Assembly: GCA_964452145.1 (NCBI GenBank)
Contig: CAYVLA010000022.1
Location: 1 to 36,391, forward strand
Direction: 5' to 3'
Source of the DNA: Candidatus Hadarchaeota archaeon
Lineage (GTDB): Archaea; CAYQAE01; CAYVLA01
Length of the DNA stretch: 36,391 nt
The position numbers were made by a program, and so were the translations under genes. This document shows, piece by piece, positions 24,479 through 34,172 of the stretch. The notes beneath the pieces were generated by a model, which saw only the letters and a list, made by a program, of their open reading frames with translations, did no database searches and was not told where the DNA came from. Every line of letters starts with the position of its first letter. The stretch's first letter is position 1.

Positions 24479-26635
24479 CTATGATCGAGCCTCGCATCCG
24501 TGTATGGCACAGGCTTCCCAGGGATCGTCTCCCGGGACGCGGAGAGTGGCCAGCAACCAGAAGCGTCCCTCCTCGCGGGGGCCTTCGAGAGCGGCCTTCA
24601 CGCTCACGGACGCGCCGGGTACGAGTCCCCGGAGTCTGCGCTCGAACAGAGGTGATTCGCGGTGAATCGTGCCCCGCCCCAAGATGGTGAGCACGGATGG
24701 GGGGATGCGTCTATTCCACGTGTTTGCTAGGGAGATCTCGGCTGTGAGCCCGTCACCGAGGCGCACTTTCCTTGGATAACGGATCTTGATTGATAGTCTC
24801 TCGTTGAAGATCACGAAATCCATGGGAGGAATGCACGCTCCGCTCCAGCGGTAGGGAAGGCTCGCGAAGTTGGCGATGACCACCGTCCCATCCGAGAAAC
24901 GGGTCATCTGGACGTCGTCGCAGTGGAAGGCATCGTCGGGCCCCACCACCACCCTTGGCCCCGTTACGAACTTGTGGCTCAGCATCTCGGCCCGGGCGGT
25001 GCCTCTGAGCTGGTAGGCGATGCGGCGCCCCTTCTCATCCATGGTGTCGGCAAGCCAGCCGAAAAGCGCGGCGTGAGGGGGATCCGACTGGTAGAAATTA
25101 GTGCCCGTGCCGGTCTGGTTCAGGATTGAACCATGCCAGACGAGGGGATGCAGGGGGACTGGTATCATGGGCGGCATCACTCGGAAGCTGCTGTTGCCGT
25201 AACCGCTGTAGGGAAACACCGAGAAGTACGATCCAACCTCTGCAGAGCCGGCAAGGAAATCCTGCGGCAGCGCCTCGGTTGTGACGACGCCGAATCTCTT
25301 CTTCACCTCCGACAGTATCTGCCGCCGGAACTCGGCATCCATCTCCTTGGTGACGGCGTGGCGTGGGTCATGGCAATCCATGAGGGGCACAGCGCCCTCC
25401 ACGTCGATGTATATGGAGCCGCGCCCCAGCACTTTGAGCATCTCGTCCATCTGGGGAAGCGCGACCTGAAGCCTTCGTGCGGGACACACCGTGTAGGTCC
25501 AGATGTCCGGTTGGCCCTTCCTTCTCACCCTCCAGTTCCGGCGCATGGAGCCGTCGCGTTCCCTGCATATCAGGGACTCGTCCCAGTCAGGGTAGCGCTT
25601 GGTTCCTTCGCTCAACACCTGCTCGCCCGGGCGAAAGATGTCCAAGTAGTTCTCGTAGACCGAAAGCCGAAAGCCCGGAGACAGGCTGCGGGCGAATTCG
25701 GCCGCCTTGCTCATCATCGATGGTTCTCCGCGCAACACGTTGTGGGCGATGACCCTGTCGAAGCCCTCGCGCCTGGCAGCCCGGAAGAAGCCGTACGCGT
25801 TTGATCGGTCGCAAGGATCGGCCCCCGGAGGTTCGACCCAGGCAAGGTGCCGATGCCCAAGGAGAGAGCCTATCGTCAGGTCGACCTCTGGGTTCCCAGC
25901 GGCCTTCTGTCCGAGCGCAACCAGCCTCCCAGATTCCATCAGCTCGGATCTGTAACGCTTCGCGATCGCGACGTATCCGCCTCTGCCCATAGGGAAATAG
26001 CGGGCTCTCCGGGTGGTGTTGGTCCTGGCGTCGATCACCCAGACGGGGGTTTGGCAGTAGACCTTCCCCTTGCCGAGGTTGATCTCGGTTCGCACCCTGC
26101 AATCATAGGGGGTTTGGACGATGCAGCCGAGCGCCTGATGATCGCCGAAGGTCCCGAAGAGGGGCATCGTCAGGCCGGTCTGTCCGCCGGAGTAGATGGC
26201 CAGCTCCACAACCAAAGGCTTCCGCGAGGGTGAGAAGTCGCAGATCGCTCCCATGCCGACGGGCAGCACGATGCATCCCTCCTGCCCGGCCCGGGTCCAG
26301 CCGAGCCCTCTGGGGAACTCGAGCTCGATCCGTTCCTCCTTCAGTCCCTCGGCAGGTCCGGCGGTGACCTCGATGCAGTCCTCTCCCGCGGTGATCTCAA
26401 AGGGCACTCCCAACCTGGCTCCGGGGCGGCGCCAAACAAGTTCGCCCTCTACGGCACCGTCCCTTGCATTGAGAGTGAGTCTGGTCGGGACCAATCGTCC
26501 GGGTTTTCGATCGTCTCCTCCGGATCGGAGACGTGCGATCGGGGAAAGGGATTTCCATGAGCTGGGAAGGCTCTTCTCAGTGAGCACAACGGTGTTCTTC
26601 TCGATTCTGAGGCCGATTCTGGGTTCTTCCTGCAT
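24479..26635 (-). CDS. DUF5696-like (GH101/GH129-related) putative glycoside hydrolase with C-terminal Ig-like domain
   Basis: LP.G.G.I, L.MPLFG, GYVAIAKRYR..L, YENY.D, IYIDV, TTEA..DF, PVPL..LVWH, T.FSDGT.V.ANF. ATG 26635; no signal peptide. Confidence 0.72.
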   Translation of the reverse strand: MQEEPRIGLRIEKNTVVLTEKSLPSSWKSLSPIARLRSGGDDRKPGRLVPTRLTLNARDGAVEGELVWRRPGARLGVPFEITAGEDCIEVTAGPAEGLKEERIELEFPRGLGWTRAGQEGCIVLPVGMGAICDFSPSRKPLVVELAIYSGGQTGLTMPLFGTFGDHQALGCIVQTPYDCRVRTEINLGKGKVYCQTPVWVIDARTNTTRRARYFPMGRGGYVAIAKRYRSELMESGRLVALGQKAAGNPEVDLTIGSLLGHRHLAWVEPPGADPCDRSNAYGFFRAARREGFDRVIAHNVLRGEPSMMSKAAEFARSLSPGFRLSVYENYLDIFRPGEQVLSEGTKRYPDWDESLICRERDGSMRRNWRVRRKGQPDIWTYTVCPARRLQVALPQMDEMLKVLGRGSIYIDVEGAVPLMDCHDPRHAVTKEMDAEFRRQILSEVKKRFGVVTTEALPQDFLAGSAEVGSYFSVFPYSGYGNSSFRVMPPMIPVPLHPLVWHGSILNQTGTGTNFYQSDPPHAALFGWLADTMDEKGRRIAYQLRGTARAEMLSHKFVTGPRVVVGPDDAFHCDDVQMTRFSDGTVVIANFASLPYRWSGACIPPMDFVIFNERLSIKIRYPRKVRLGDGLTAEISLANTWNRRIPPSVLTILGRGTIHRESPLFERRLRGLVPGASVSVKAALEGPREEGRFWLLATLRVPGDDPWEACAIHGCEARS

Positions 26636-26726
26636 TTCGACACCCGATGGGTACGTTCTAGCCCACGGGGAAAGCCTGATAAGTATACCGTTCCAGAGCA
26701 CAGGCGAGCAGCAGGTCGGTTGCGTC

Positions 26727-27944
26727 ATGCGTTTCGGTGATCGTCGAATCAGCATGTGGACTGCGATCGTGCTGGTCGGCCTCTCGCTTCCGTTCACCGC
26801 GAACCCCGTCCGCGGGCAGAGGACAGATCCCGACACGGGGCGGGTAAGGATTCTCTACATAGGGGATGGCTGGGGTCCGTCTCCTGTGCCATATTTCGTA
26901 TCCGACCCTGCCTTCATGGTTGTCTCGGTCCCCACGAGCGAGTTTCACGTCGGCCAGGGCACCGAGAACTATGACATAGCCGACATGAAGAAGTTTGTAA
27001 GGCTTTACATGCCCAGGACCTTCCAGCAGCTCTTGGACAGCGCAGACGTCATCATCGTCAGCGACGCGAACGCCAAGCTGATGGATCGGCATCACTTCGA
27101 TTGGATGGTGCGATCGGTAACAGGGCACGGCCTTGGATTCATTATGGTGGGAGGTCTGGAGAGCTTCGGTGCGCCCCGGGGGGAGCCCTGGACCGGCGTG
27201 GAGGACATACTTCCCGTGATTCTGTGGATCAGTGATTGGATCTACAGGCCGTTCAAAGCCAAGCCGGCCATGGACCATCCCTTCACCCGGTCGCTGCCAT
27301 GGGCCACCATGCCCTACTTCTCCGGAACCAACAAGGTCACGCTGAAACAGGAGGCGACATTGCTCTTGAAGGCCGACGAGATTCCCTACCCCCCACTTTC
27401 ATTTGTGGATGTCGGAGAAGGCAGGAGCGTTTCCCATTCCTCGGACTGGACGCCGGGGGCAGGGGAACTTGTCATGAGGTGGGAATACTACCCGGATTAC
27501 ACGGCGAACATCGCGTACCTAGCAGCTCGATGCCAGATACCCGATGATCCCCAGTTGATGCATTTCCTCAGGACAAGCTTCTGGGCAACTAGGTCCCGGC
27601 TCATCAACGTTATGGACACCATGAGTTTCGTGGAGAAGTTCGGTGCGAACACCCACGGCATCGGGCTCGGCCTTGAGGATGTCAGGGCCATGATAAAGGA
27701 AGCCCAGGAGCTCTACGTTAGGCATGAGTACGACCAATCCAGGAGCAGGATAGTTGAGATCGATGAGCGGATCACCGAGCTGCACGAGGATGCCATCAAG
27801 CTGAAGGACCGTGCCCTTTTCTGGGTGTACATCATTGAATGGGCGGCTACCACTGCGACGGGGCTTGTGGCCGGATTTCTCTTGTGGTCCTTGATGGTGA
27901 GGAAGAGGCTCTACCGTGAGGTCCGGGCAACGAGGTTGACGTGA
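26727..27944 (+). CDS. Secreted, C-terminally anchored GATase1-like (DUF1355-like) protein, paralog P4
   Basis: Signal peptide, then DPDTGRVRILYIGD, RLYMPRTF, GFIMVGGLESFG, ILPV, SDWTP, FVEKFGANT and the tail LKDRALFWVY-TM-LMVRKRLYREVRATR. Confidence 0.85.
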   Translation: MRFGDRRISMWTAIVLVGLSLPFTANPVRGQRTDPDTGRVRILYIGDGWGPSPVPYFVSDPAFMVVSVPTSEFHVGQGTENYDIADMKKFVRLYMPRTFQQLLDSADVIIVSDANAKLMDRHHFDWMVRSVTGHGLGFIMVGGLESFGAPRGEPWTGVEDILPVILWISDWIYRPFKAKPAMDHPFTRSLPWATMPYFSGTNKVTLKQEATLLLKADEIPYPPLSFVDVGEGRSVSHSSDWTPGAGELVMRWEYYPDYTANIAYLAARCQIPDDPQLMHFLRTSFWATRSRLINVMDTMSFVEKFGANTHGIGLGLEDVRAMIKEAQELYVRHEYDQSRSRIVEIDERITELHEDAIKLKDRALFWVYIIEWAATTATGLVAGFLLWSLMVRKRLYREVRATRLT

Positions 27945-28056
27945 CCGGGCCGTGGCATCGGATCAGACTAGATCGGACGAGGCGGATCTCGGGCCGCTCG
28001 GGAGAGAGGCTTTTTATGGATCCTCCTTGATCCCAGGGGAGGACTGGTGGGCTGCT

Positions 28057-29289
28057 GTGGGTTACCCGGTGAAGTGGTATCAGTTCACGGAGCACCCCGA
28101 TTCCGACTCGTGCTGGTCGCTTTCGACAGGGCCTGATGGCAGGATCTACGCAGCGGCCTGTGCGGAGGGAGTCCCGGGAGGGGTGGTCAAACTTGTGTGC
28201 TACGACGAGGCGAGTGATCGACTCGAGTACATCTTCGATCTGGACACGGTGGTGGACGATCCGCGGGACTCCGGCCGGGCGACTCAGTGCAAGATCCATT
28301 ACAGCTTCGCCCCGTCCGTCTCCGAGGGGATCCTGTACATGGCGACCCATCTCTCAGGGCCTCCCATAGATCTGCCGGCCTATTCTCCCTGGGGGTTCTG
28401 GCATGATTCCGAGCGCTGTTTCAGGGGAAGCGCCTTGGTGGCGTTCGACACCAAGAAGGACCGTGTCCTGTGGTGGGATACTCTCATCCCCAAGGAGGGC
28501 TGCAGATGCTTGGCTCTGGATGAGGAGTACGGGTTGCTCTATGCCGTAAGCTATCCGCGGGACCATTTCATCGTCTACGACATCGAGAAACGCAGGAGGC
28601 GGGACATAGGCAGGATAGGGTCCATCAACTCCCAGGCCATCTTCACCGACGACGACCACCGCGCCTGGACGTCCAGCGATTATGGGCATCTGGTGAGATA
28701 CGACCCGTCAAGGGACAGACTGGAGATGTCGCCTTACCGCCTGCCACACAATGACGCATATCAGACGGGTTGGCACAGCGTGTTCTACGATGTCGTGCGG
28801 CAGCCGGATGAGAAGTGTGTCTGGGCGATAACATGGATCGCCCATCCCCGTCTGTTGAGGATATGGTTCGAGGATGGTGACTGGGGTCGCGTTGAGGATT
28901 TGGGCTCGGTGACACAGGAAAGGGATCTGACCGACCCCATGAACACCTTTAGGGATCATGCGGGCGGGCTCGTATTCGCTGGGGATGGAAAGCTGTACTA
29001 CGTGGCGTCCAGGTGGAGGGATGATGGGTACAACCCCATGGGCAAGGAGCGCAAGGAGATGGAGGGAGTCGTCTGGCGCGTGGATCCAAAGACGCTGGTC
29101 AGAGAGGAGGTCGGACTGTTGGAGCGTCCCGAGCACTGTGCCCAGTACGTGTCCAGGGGAGCGGTTGACCACAACGGCGACGTTTTCTTCGGGCATGTCG
29201 GTCCCCGTCCCGTTGGGATCTTCAGGATGCAGATGCCTCGGGACAGGAAGCGTAAAGATGCCCACCTGCCCCTGAGGACGTGGGGGTGA
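28057..29289 (+). CDS. Hypothetical beta-propeller protein
   Basis: GTG 28057 follows GGGGAGGA and TTTTTAT (28011). Blade-like motifs GPDGRIY, GILYMATH, VRYDP, GDGKLYY, WRVDP, DHNGDVFF. Confidence 0.75.
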   Translation: MGYPVKWYQFTEHPDSDSCWSLSTGPDGRIYAAACAEGVPGGVVKLVCYDEASDRLEYIFDLDTVVDDPRDSGRATQCKIHYSFAPSVSEGILYMATHLSGPPIDLPAYSPWGFWHDSERCFRGSALVAFDTKKDRVLWWDTLIPKEGCRCLALDEEYGLLYAVSYPRDHFIVYDIEKRRRRDIGRIGSINSQAIFTDDDHRAWTSSDYGHLVRYDPSRDRLEMSPYRLPHNDAYQTGWHSVFYDVVRQPDEKCVWAITWIAHPRLLRIWFEDGDWGRVEDLGSVTQERDLTDPMNTFRDHAGGLVFAGDGKLYYVASRWRDDGYNPMGKERKEMEGVVWRVDPKTLVREEVGLLERPEHCAQYVSRGAVDHNGDVFFGHVGPRPVGIFRMQMPRDRKRKDAHLPLRTWG

Positions 29290-29294
29290 GGGAG

Positions 29295-30413
29295 ATGGAG
29301 AAGAGGAAGCGATGGGATAAGTCCAGGCCCGATACCAAGTGCGTCGTAGACCAGATCGTTCATGGCAACTTCGTGAAAGAGGGCACGATGATCGCCTTTC
29401 CCACATGCTTCCCGGGTGTTACCGTGCCGATCCCGGCCGATGAGAGCCACATCACCGCATTGAGCGTGGCCGATAGCGGCATGATATACGGGGGCACCAG
29501 CGGGAGGCGGTCTCACCTGTTCGTCGCGATGTTCCATGGGGTGACGGGATTGGTTCTGGATCTGGGGATCGTCGAGGGCGCTGACAGTTGTCAGGCGGTA
29601 GGTCTTGGAAGGAAGGAGTTCGTCGCCTGTGTGAATGGTCCCCTGGGGGGCCGCCTCGTGGCTGGAAAATACCAGCCTCTGCCATTCGACCTGATCCAGG
29701 AGTGGGGGTTCACCAGACCTCCTTTAGAGGTGCTGGGCGAACCGGTGAAGGGCGAGAAGATACTTCATGCCGTGGTCGACTCGACGGGGACGCGCGTTAT
29801 TGGAGCGAGCGAGAAGCATCTCTTCTCGGTCGACCTAGACAGTCGAACGATCGAGGTGGTGGCAGAGCTATCCGCACAGGGGCACCTGGCTCTGAGCTCT
29901 TCAGGCATCGTTGTCGGGGCGCAGAACGGAAGCCTTTGGTGCTATGACCCAAGGATAGACCGCTTGGAGGCGAGATGGCAGTCCCTGCCCGCAGGACGAT
30001 GGGACGGGTCTTCGCCGATATGGGCACAGGATCCATCCACCGAGGCTCTGTACGTTGTTGACTCAGAGGGAACGATTCTATCATTCGATGAGCGTGAGGG
30101 ATTCAGTGAACAGCTTGGCAAGACACCCTTGGCACCCGTTGACTCGATGGCGGCAACGTTGGATGGCCGTCTCTTCATGGCTTGCGGAGAGGGGATATCC
30201 AAATTCTTCTGTTACGATCCCTCCGATCGATCCATTCGGGATATCGGGGTCGCCGTCTCGGTTATTGAGCGCCGCAGATACGGTTACAGGTTCGGCGCGG
30301 CCGCCATGGGTCGGGATGGACAGTTGATATTCGGGGAGGACGACGATCTGGGCCATCTCTGGCTCTACTTCCCCCGCGTCATGCGGATAGCCCGTACCAC
30401 GGCCCGATCCTAG
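29295..30413 (+). CDS. Hypothetical beta-propeller protein, co-transcribed with the upstream propeller
   Basis: ATG 29295 follows GGGGTGAGGGAG. Motifs ITAL...SGMIYGGTSG, WCYDP, DGRLF, FCYDP, GRDGQLIFGE. Confidence 0.75.
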   Translation: MEKRKRWDKSRPDTKCVVDQIVHGNFVKEGTMIAFPTCFPGVTVPIPADESHITALSVADSGMIYGGTSGRRSHLFVAMFHGVTGLVLDLGIVEGADSCQAVGLGRKEFVACVNGPLGGRLVAGKYQPLPFDLIQEWGFTRPPLEVLGEPVKGEKILHAVVDSTGTRVIGASEKHLFSVDLDSRTIEVVAELSAQGHLALSSSGIVVGAQNGSLWCYDPRIDRLEARWQSLPAGRWDGSSPIWAQDPSTEALYVVDSEGTILSFDEREGFSEQLGKTPLAPVDSMAATLDGRLFMACGEGISKFFCYDPSDRSIRDIGVAVSVIERRRYGYRFGAAAMGRDGQLIFGEDDDLGHLWLYFPRVMRIARTTARS

Positions 30414-31720
30414 CCCAGCGGCCGTCCCAGGCGCAGCGGGCCCCCATTTGCCTTGGGGAATTCGGTGCATTCACCGAGGCCCTTGCTCTTCCAAGCGGAC
30501 ACCGTGCCTTCGTAGGAAGGAATGACGAACTCGTTGAGGCCATCGCCGTCGATGTCGCAGGATATGGGATCGCCCGCCCAGTCCGGGAATCCCTGACTCC
30601 ACACCAGGCTGCCGGAAGGAGAGAAGAGGTAGGCTTGTCCCCAGGGTTCCTCGCCGGGTATCCTGCCGTAGCCGCTGGGCATGCCCGTCGTGACCAGGGT
30701 TTCAAGCCCCTCGGATTCCGACAGGTTGGCGATGACAGGGTCCCCGGACAGGTATACCCTTGGGACGGGCGATCTCCATCTCAAGGCTGCCCGCTCCAAG
30801 TCGAAGCACATCATCTCGGATCGGTTGTGTCTACCGCCATCTCTGATCGTGGTCAGGCCCAGCCCCTCAAGGATGCCATCACCATCGATGTCGGCAACTG
30901 CCATGCTTGATCCGCCGAACTTCAGCGAATACCGACGATTGCCCCAGGCATCGAAGCAGAGGACCGTGCTGATGTGGCCGTCCCTGCCGCAGAGATCGAT
31001 TTCGACCTTCAGGATCTCTAGGGAGCCGTCCCCGTCGATGTCCACCAACATGGTGGGCGTGGAGCCAGCGTCGCCATGGATTGAATCGTAGCGCCATTTC
31101 AAGTTGCCGTCGGAGGAGAGGACGATCAGGGAGGAGGAGCCGTCGGGGTTGCCGTACTCGGTTCCGAAGACGATCTCCTCATCCCCGTCCCGGTCGATGT
31201 CAGCGACCGCCGCGCGGCCCCAGCAGATGGTCACACGGTCATCGTATCTCCAGATCTCCTCCCCCGTCCTACCGTCCGCACAGGATATCCAGTGTTGCGG
31301 GCCGCCGACGGAGTAGATCACCTCCTCACGGCCATCCCCGTTGAGATCCCTTTCGACGAAGTCTCCGTTGCCCGTCCAGGGAAATCCGGACCGTCTCCAG
31401 AGCGGCTGGCCGTCCGAGGCGCTCACCAACTGTAGAGCGGGATTCGGGTCGCGCCCCGACCAGTAGGCCAGATGGGGCTCATCCGCGATCCTGAGAAAGG
31501 CCGGGAAGGGTGAGACTTTCGCCGCGTCGCGGGTGCGACGCACGAGCATGCCTTGGCAGTTCAGCAGAAACATGCCGGCCGTGGCCTCGCTCCTCAGGGG
31601 CTGAGCAGGGACGGCGATCAGGACATCACGCCTGACTCGAGCACAGGCCAGTGCGTAGCAGGTCCCCAACCCGGCGGGGAGGCGGTGGATCCACATGGGT
31701 CGCGGGAGATCGTCGGCCAC
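30410..31720 (-). CDS. FG-GAP/VCBS (DxDGDG) repeat beta-propeller protein with PQQ-like blades
   Basis: DLNGDGREE, DIDRDGDEE, DIDGDGSLE, DIDGDGILE, DIDGDGLNE and DGRTGEEIWRY. No clear signal peptide. Confidence 0.85.
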   Translation of the reverse strand: MADDLPRPMWIHRLPAGLGTCYALACARVRRDVLIAVPAQPLRSEATAGMFLLNCQGMLVRRTRDAAKVSPFPAFLRIADEPHLAYWSGRDPNPALQLVSASDGQPLWRRSGFPWTGNGDFVERDLNGDGREEVIYSVGGPQHWISCADGRTGEEIWRYDDRVTICWGRAAVADIDRDGDEEIVFGTEYGNPDGSSSLIVLSSDGNLKWRYDSIHGDAGSTPTMLVDIDGDGSLEILKVEIDLCGRDGHISTVLCFDAWGNRRYSLKFGGSSMAVADIDGDGILEGLGLTTIRDGGRHNRSEMMCFDLERAALRWRSPVPRVYLSGDPVIANLSESEGLETLVTTGMPSGYGRIPGEEPWGQAYLFSPSGSLVWSQGFPDWAGDPISCDIDGDGLNEFVIPSYEGTVSAWKSKGLGECTEFPKANGGPLRLGRPLG

Positions 31721-31794
31721 GGGGAATGGTGGCTGGCTGGGCAGAAAAATCCGACCGAAGCCTTTATCGGCAGGGGCGGGCGTGGCTGGAAGCC

Positions 31795-32652
31795 ATGAAG
31801 CTGAGATATGCCGTGCACGCCTATTCCTGGACCGATTCCTGGGGAGAGGACTCCCTGTGGATCATCGACCATGTCAAGGATCTGGGCTTCGACCTCATCG
31901 AGGTCCCGCTCATGGAGTTGGAGAAGGTGAACCCGGATGCCTGTAGGGAGCGCCTCGAATCGGCCGATATCGATGCGTGCTGTTCGGTCGTGTTGTCTGA
32001 TCGGACCGACATCACCAGCGCCCGGGCCTCGGTCAGGAAGGCGGGGACCCGCTTCCTGAAGGGCTGCGTCGACGCCGCGCATGGGATGGGTTCGAAGGTT
32101 CTATCCGGGGTCGTCTACTCGGCCCTGGGCTTCTTCCCCGAGGAGACGCCGTCTGAACAACACTGGATCCGATCATCCACAGCTTTGCGCGAGGTGGCTA
32201 CATACGCCCTGGACCGTGGCATGACCTTGGGCTTGGAGCCCGTCAACCGGTACGAGACATTCCTTGTTAATACCTGCGAGCAGGCGCTGAGGCTCAGGGA
32301 GATGATAGGGTGCGACAACGTCGGGATCCATCTGGATGCCTACCACATGAACATTGAGGAGGATGAGTTCTACACCCCCACCGTGAAGGCAGGCCCCTTC
32401 CTCTGCCACTACCATATGAGCGAGAGCCACAGGGGGATACCGGGAAGAGGGGTTGTGGACTGGGATGGGATCTATCGGGGGCTGGCGGATTCGGGTTACT
32501 CTGGTTTGGTCGGACTGGAATCCTTCGTTCAGGCCTCGGATGCCATGCGGGGTGCGACAAGGGTCTGGAGGAGGCTTGCGCCCGACTCGGATACGCTCGT
32601 CAGCGAGGGCATCCGTTTTCTCAAAAGAGTCGAGGCCAAGTACTTCGGGTAG
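31795..32652 (+). CDS. D-psicose/D-tagatose/L-ribulose 3-epimerase family (xylose isomerase-like TIM barrel)
   Basis: LEPVNRYE, HLDAYHMNIEE, HYHMSESHRG.PG.G.VDW and LESF give a full metal/catalytic E-D-H-E set. Confidence 0.92.
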   Translation: MKLRYAVHAYSWTDSWGEDSLWIIDHVKDLGFDLIEVPLMELEKVNPDACRERLESADIDACCSVVLSDRTDITSARASVRKAGTRFLKGCVDAAHGMGSKVLSGVVYSALGFFPEETPSEQHWIRSSTALREVATYALDRGMTLGLEPVNRYETFLVNTCEQALRLREMIGCDNVGIHLDAYHMNIEEDEFYTPTVKAGPFLCHYHMSESHRGIPGRGVVDWDGIYRGLADSGYSGLVGLESFVQASDAMRGATRVWRRLAPDSDTLVSEGIRFLKRVEAKYFG

Positions 32653-32677
32653 GCCGGTGGAGCGTGCCCCGGCATTT

Positions 32678-32711
32678 CTTTATATTTTCGAGGGATCTAT
32701 ATAACATTTTT
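32678..32711 (+). promoter_or_regulatory. AT-rich segment: probable terminator of the epimerase and/or TATA promoter of the MFS gene
   Basis: TTTATATTTT (32679-32688) and TATATAA (32698-32704) in an otherwise GC-rich window. Confidence 0.55.
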
Positions 32712-32746
32712 CATCTCCGTTCCTTCTCCCGGAATGAGCGTCAACC

Positions 32747-34075
32747 ATGAGCCGGCAGATATACCCCAGATGGCTGCGGATGTTCGCGCCCTACGAGATC
32801 CGTCGCTATCTCAGGTCAGCGCTGGAGATGATGGAGCGGCAGCCGGCCAACTTCCGTTTCTGGGTCGTTGTGTACATATTCTCGGGGATATACTCCGGTC
32901 TCTTCGGCCCCTACATCGGCATGTTCCCCAGGGCTCTCGGCGCCACGGCCGCGCAGATAGGCCTCATAACGGCGGTCGCCTCGGCCGCGGCCTGGATACC
33001 CCAGCTGCTGGGGGGCTTTCTGAGCGACAGATACGGCAGACGCTGGCTTCTTGCGGGAGGGTGGATCTTCGAGGCCGGCATGTGCCTGGTATCGTACTTC
33101 GCGAGGGACTGGACGTGGCTTCTGGTCTCGGGAATAATAGCCTCCCTGGGTGCCTTCGGGGGAAGCGCCAGTGCGGCCTTCTTCGCGGAATCGCTCAACG
33201 ACAAGGACCGTGCCAAGGGGACGAGCATGCTCGCCACCATTGCCGCCATCCCCGTGATCGCCCTGCCCCCCGTTGGCGCGGCCCTGATCACCAAGCTTGG
33301 AGGCGTCCAGAACGCGGATGCCCTTAGGATCTACTTCCTGCTGAGCCTGGTCAGAATCGTCGTTATCTTCGCATACTTCGCCACAAAGACGACCGAGACG
33401 CTTGAGGTGAGGCGGGAGGTATCCAGGGGCAGCAACATCCTGGCCCAACTGGCCGGGGATCTGAGGGAGCTGATCGCCATCAAGAGGGTGAGGATGTATT
33501 TGGGCTACACTCTGATAGCATCATTCTCGGGCCAACTGGTCGGTCCGTTCCAGGCAATAATGGTCTACGAGATCATCGGGGCGACCCCCGTCTTCATAGG
33601 CTTTTTGACCTCCATGTCGTCGATCATAGCGTACATAGCCATGAACATCGGCGCCGTCTGGTCTGACAGGATAGGGAGGAAGAAGCCCATCATCCTGGCG
33701 TCCGCCTTCAGCGGTGCGGGCTGGATCTTCTTCCTCATCGCCCGGGACCAGAGCATGCTTGTACCCTTCTATGTTCTGACCTCGGTTGCGGCCCTGTCAG
33801 GTGGCGCTGGCAGTGCCCTGGCCATGGAGTACGTGCCCTCGAGAATGAGGGGCAGGTGGTACGGAACGCTGAGTTTCGTCAGCCTCATACCGGGCCTGTT
33901 CGCGCCCATCCTCGGCGGGTGGCTTTTCGACACCTTCTCCCCGAGGACTCCTTACTACATCTTCTACTTCCTCTCCTTCGCCGTTATCGTTCCCTACTTC
34001 CTCAAGTACATCCCCGAAACGATGGATGCAAACAACAACCACGCTGGCCAAGATGTGCAGGCAAAGCAGGCCTAG
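32747..34075 (+). CDS. MFS transporter (12 TM)
   Basis: Motif A GFLSDRYGRR and its second-half copy WSDRIGRK; about 12 hydrophobic segments. Confidence 0.93.
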   Translation: MSRQIYPRWLRMFAPYEIRRYLRSALEMMERQPANFRFWVVVYIFSGIYSGLFGPYIGMFPRALGATAAQIGLITAVASAAAWIPQLLGGFLSDRYGRRWLLAGGWIFEAGMCLVSYFARDWTWLLVSGIIASLGAFGGSASAAFFAESLNDKDRAKGTSMLATIAAIPVIALPPVGAALITKLGGVQNADALRIYFLLSLVRIVVIFAYFATKTTETLEVRREVSRGSNILAQLAGDLRELIAIKRVRMYLGYTLIASFSGQLVGPFQAIMVYEIIGATPVFIGFLTSMSSIIAYIAMNIGAVWSDRIGRKKPIILASAFSGAGWIFFLIARDQSMLVPFYVLTSVAALSGGAGSALAMEYVPSRMRGRWYGTLSFVSLIPGLFAPILGGWLFDTFSPRTPYYIFYFLSFAVIVPYFLKYIPETMDANNNHAGQDVQAKQA

Positions 34076-34122
34076 GCGAGCCCTTGTCTCATGCGGGATC
34101 CGCTCGGAGGAAGCGGGAGTGA

Positions 34123-34138
34123 GGCAAAACCTTTAACC
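34123..34138 (+). promoter_or_regulatory. Putative BRE/TATA promoter of the adenylate kinase-like gene
   Basis: GCAAAACCTTTAACC, with SD-like GGAGGGAG at 34158-34165. Confidence 0.6.
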
Positions 34139-34172
34139 CCAAAGGCCGTCCGCATACGGAGGGAGACGGCCT

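Noticed and set aside
26196..26726. Long upstream extensions of P4 (similarly 12464-12901 for P2 and 6393-6770 for the epimerase)
   Set aside because: They overlap real neighbouring genes; signal peptides and family motifs define later starts.
123..27944. Diversity-generating retroelement or recent duplication behind the paralogs
   Set aside because: No reverse transcriptase and no near-identical TR/VR nucleotide repeats were seen; the paralogs are deeply diverged.
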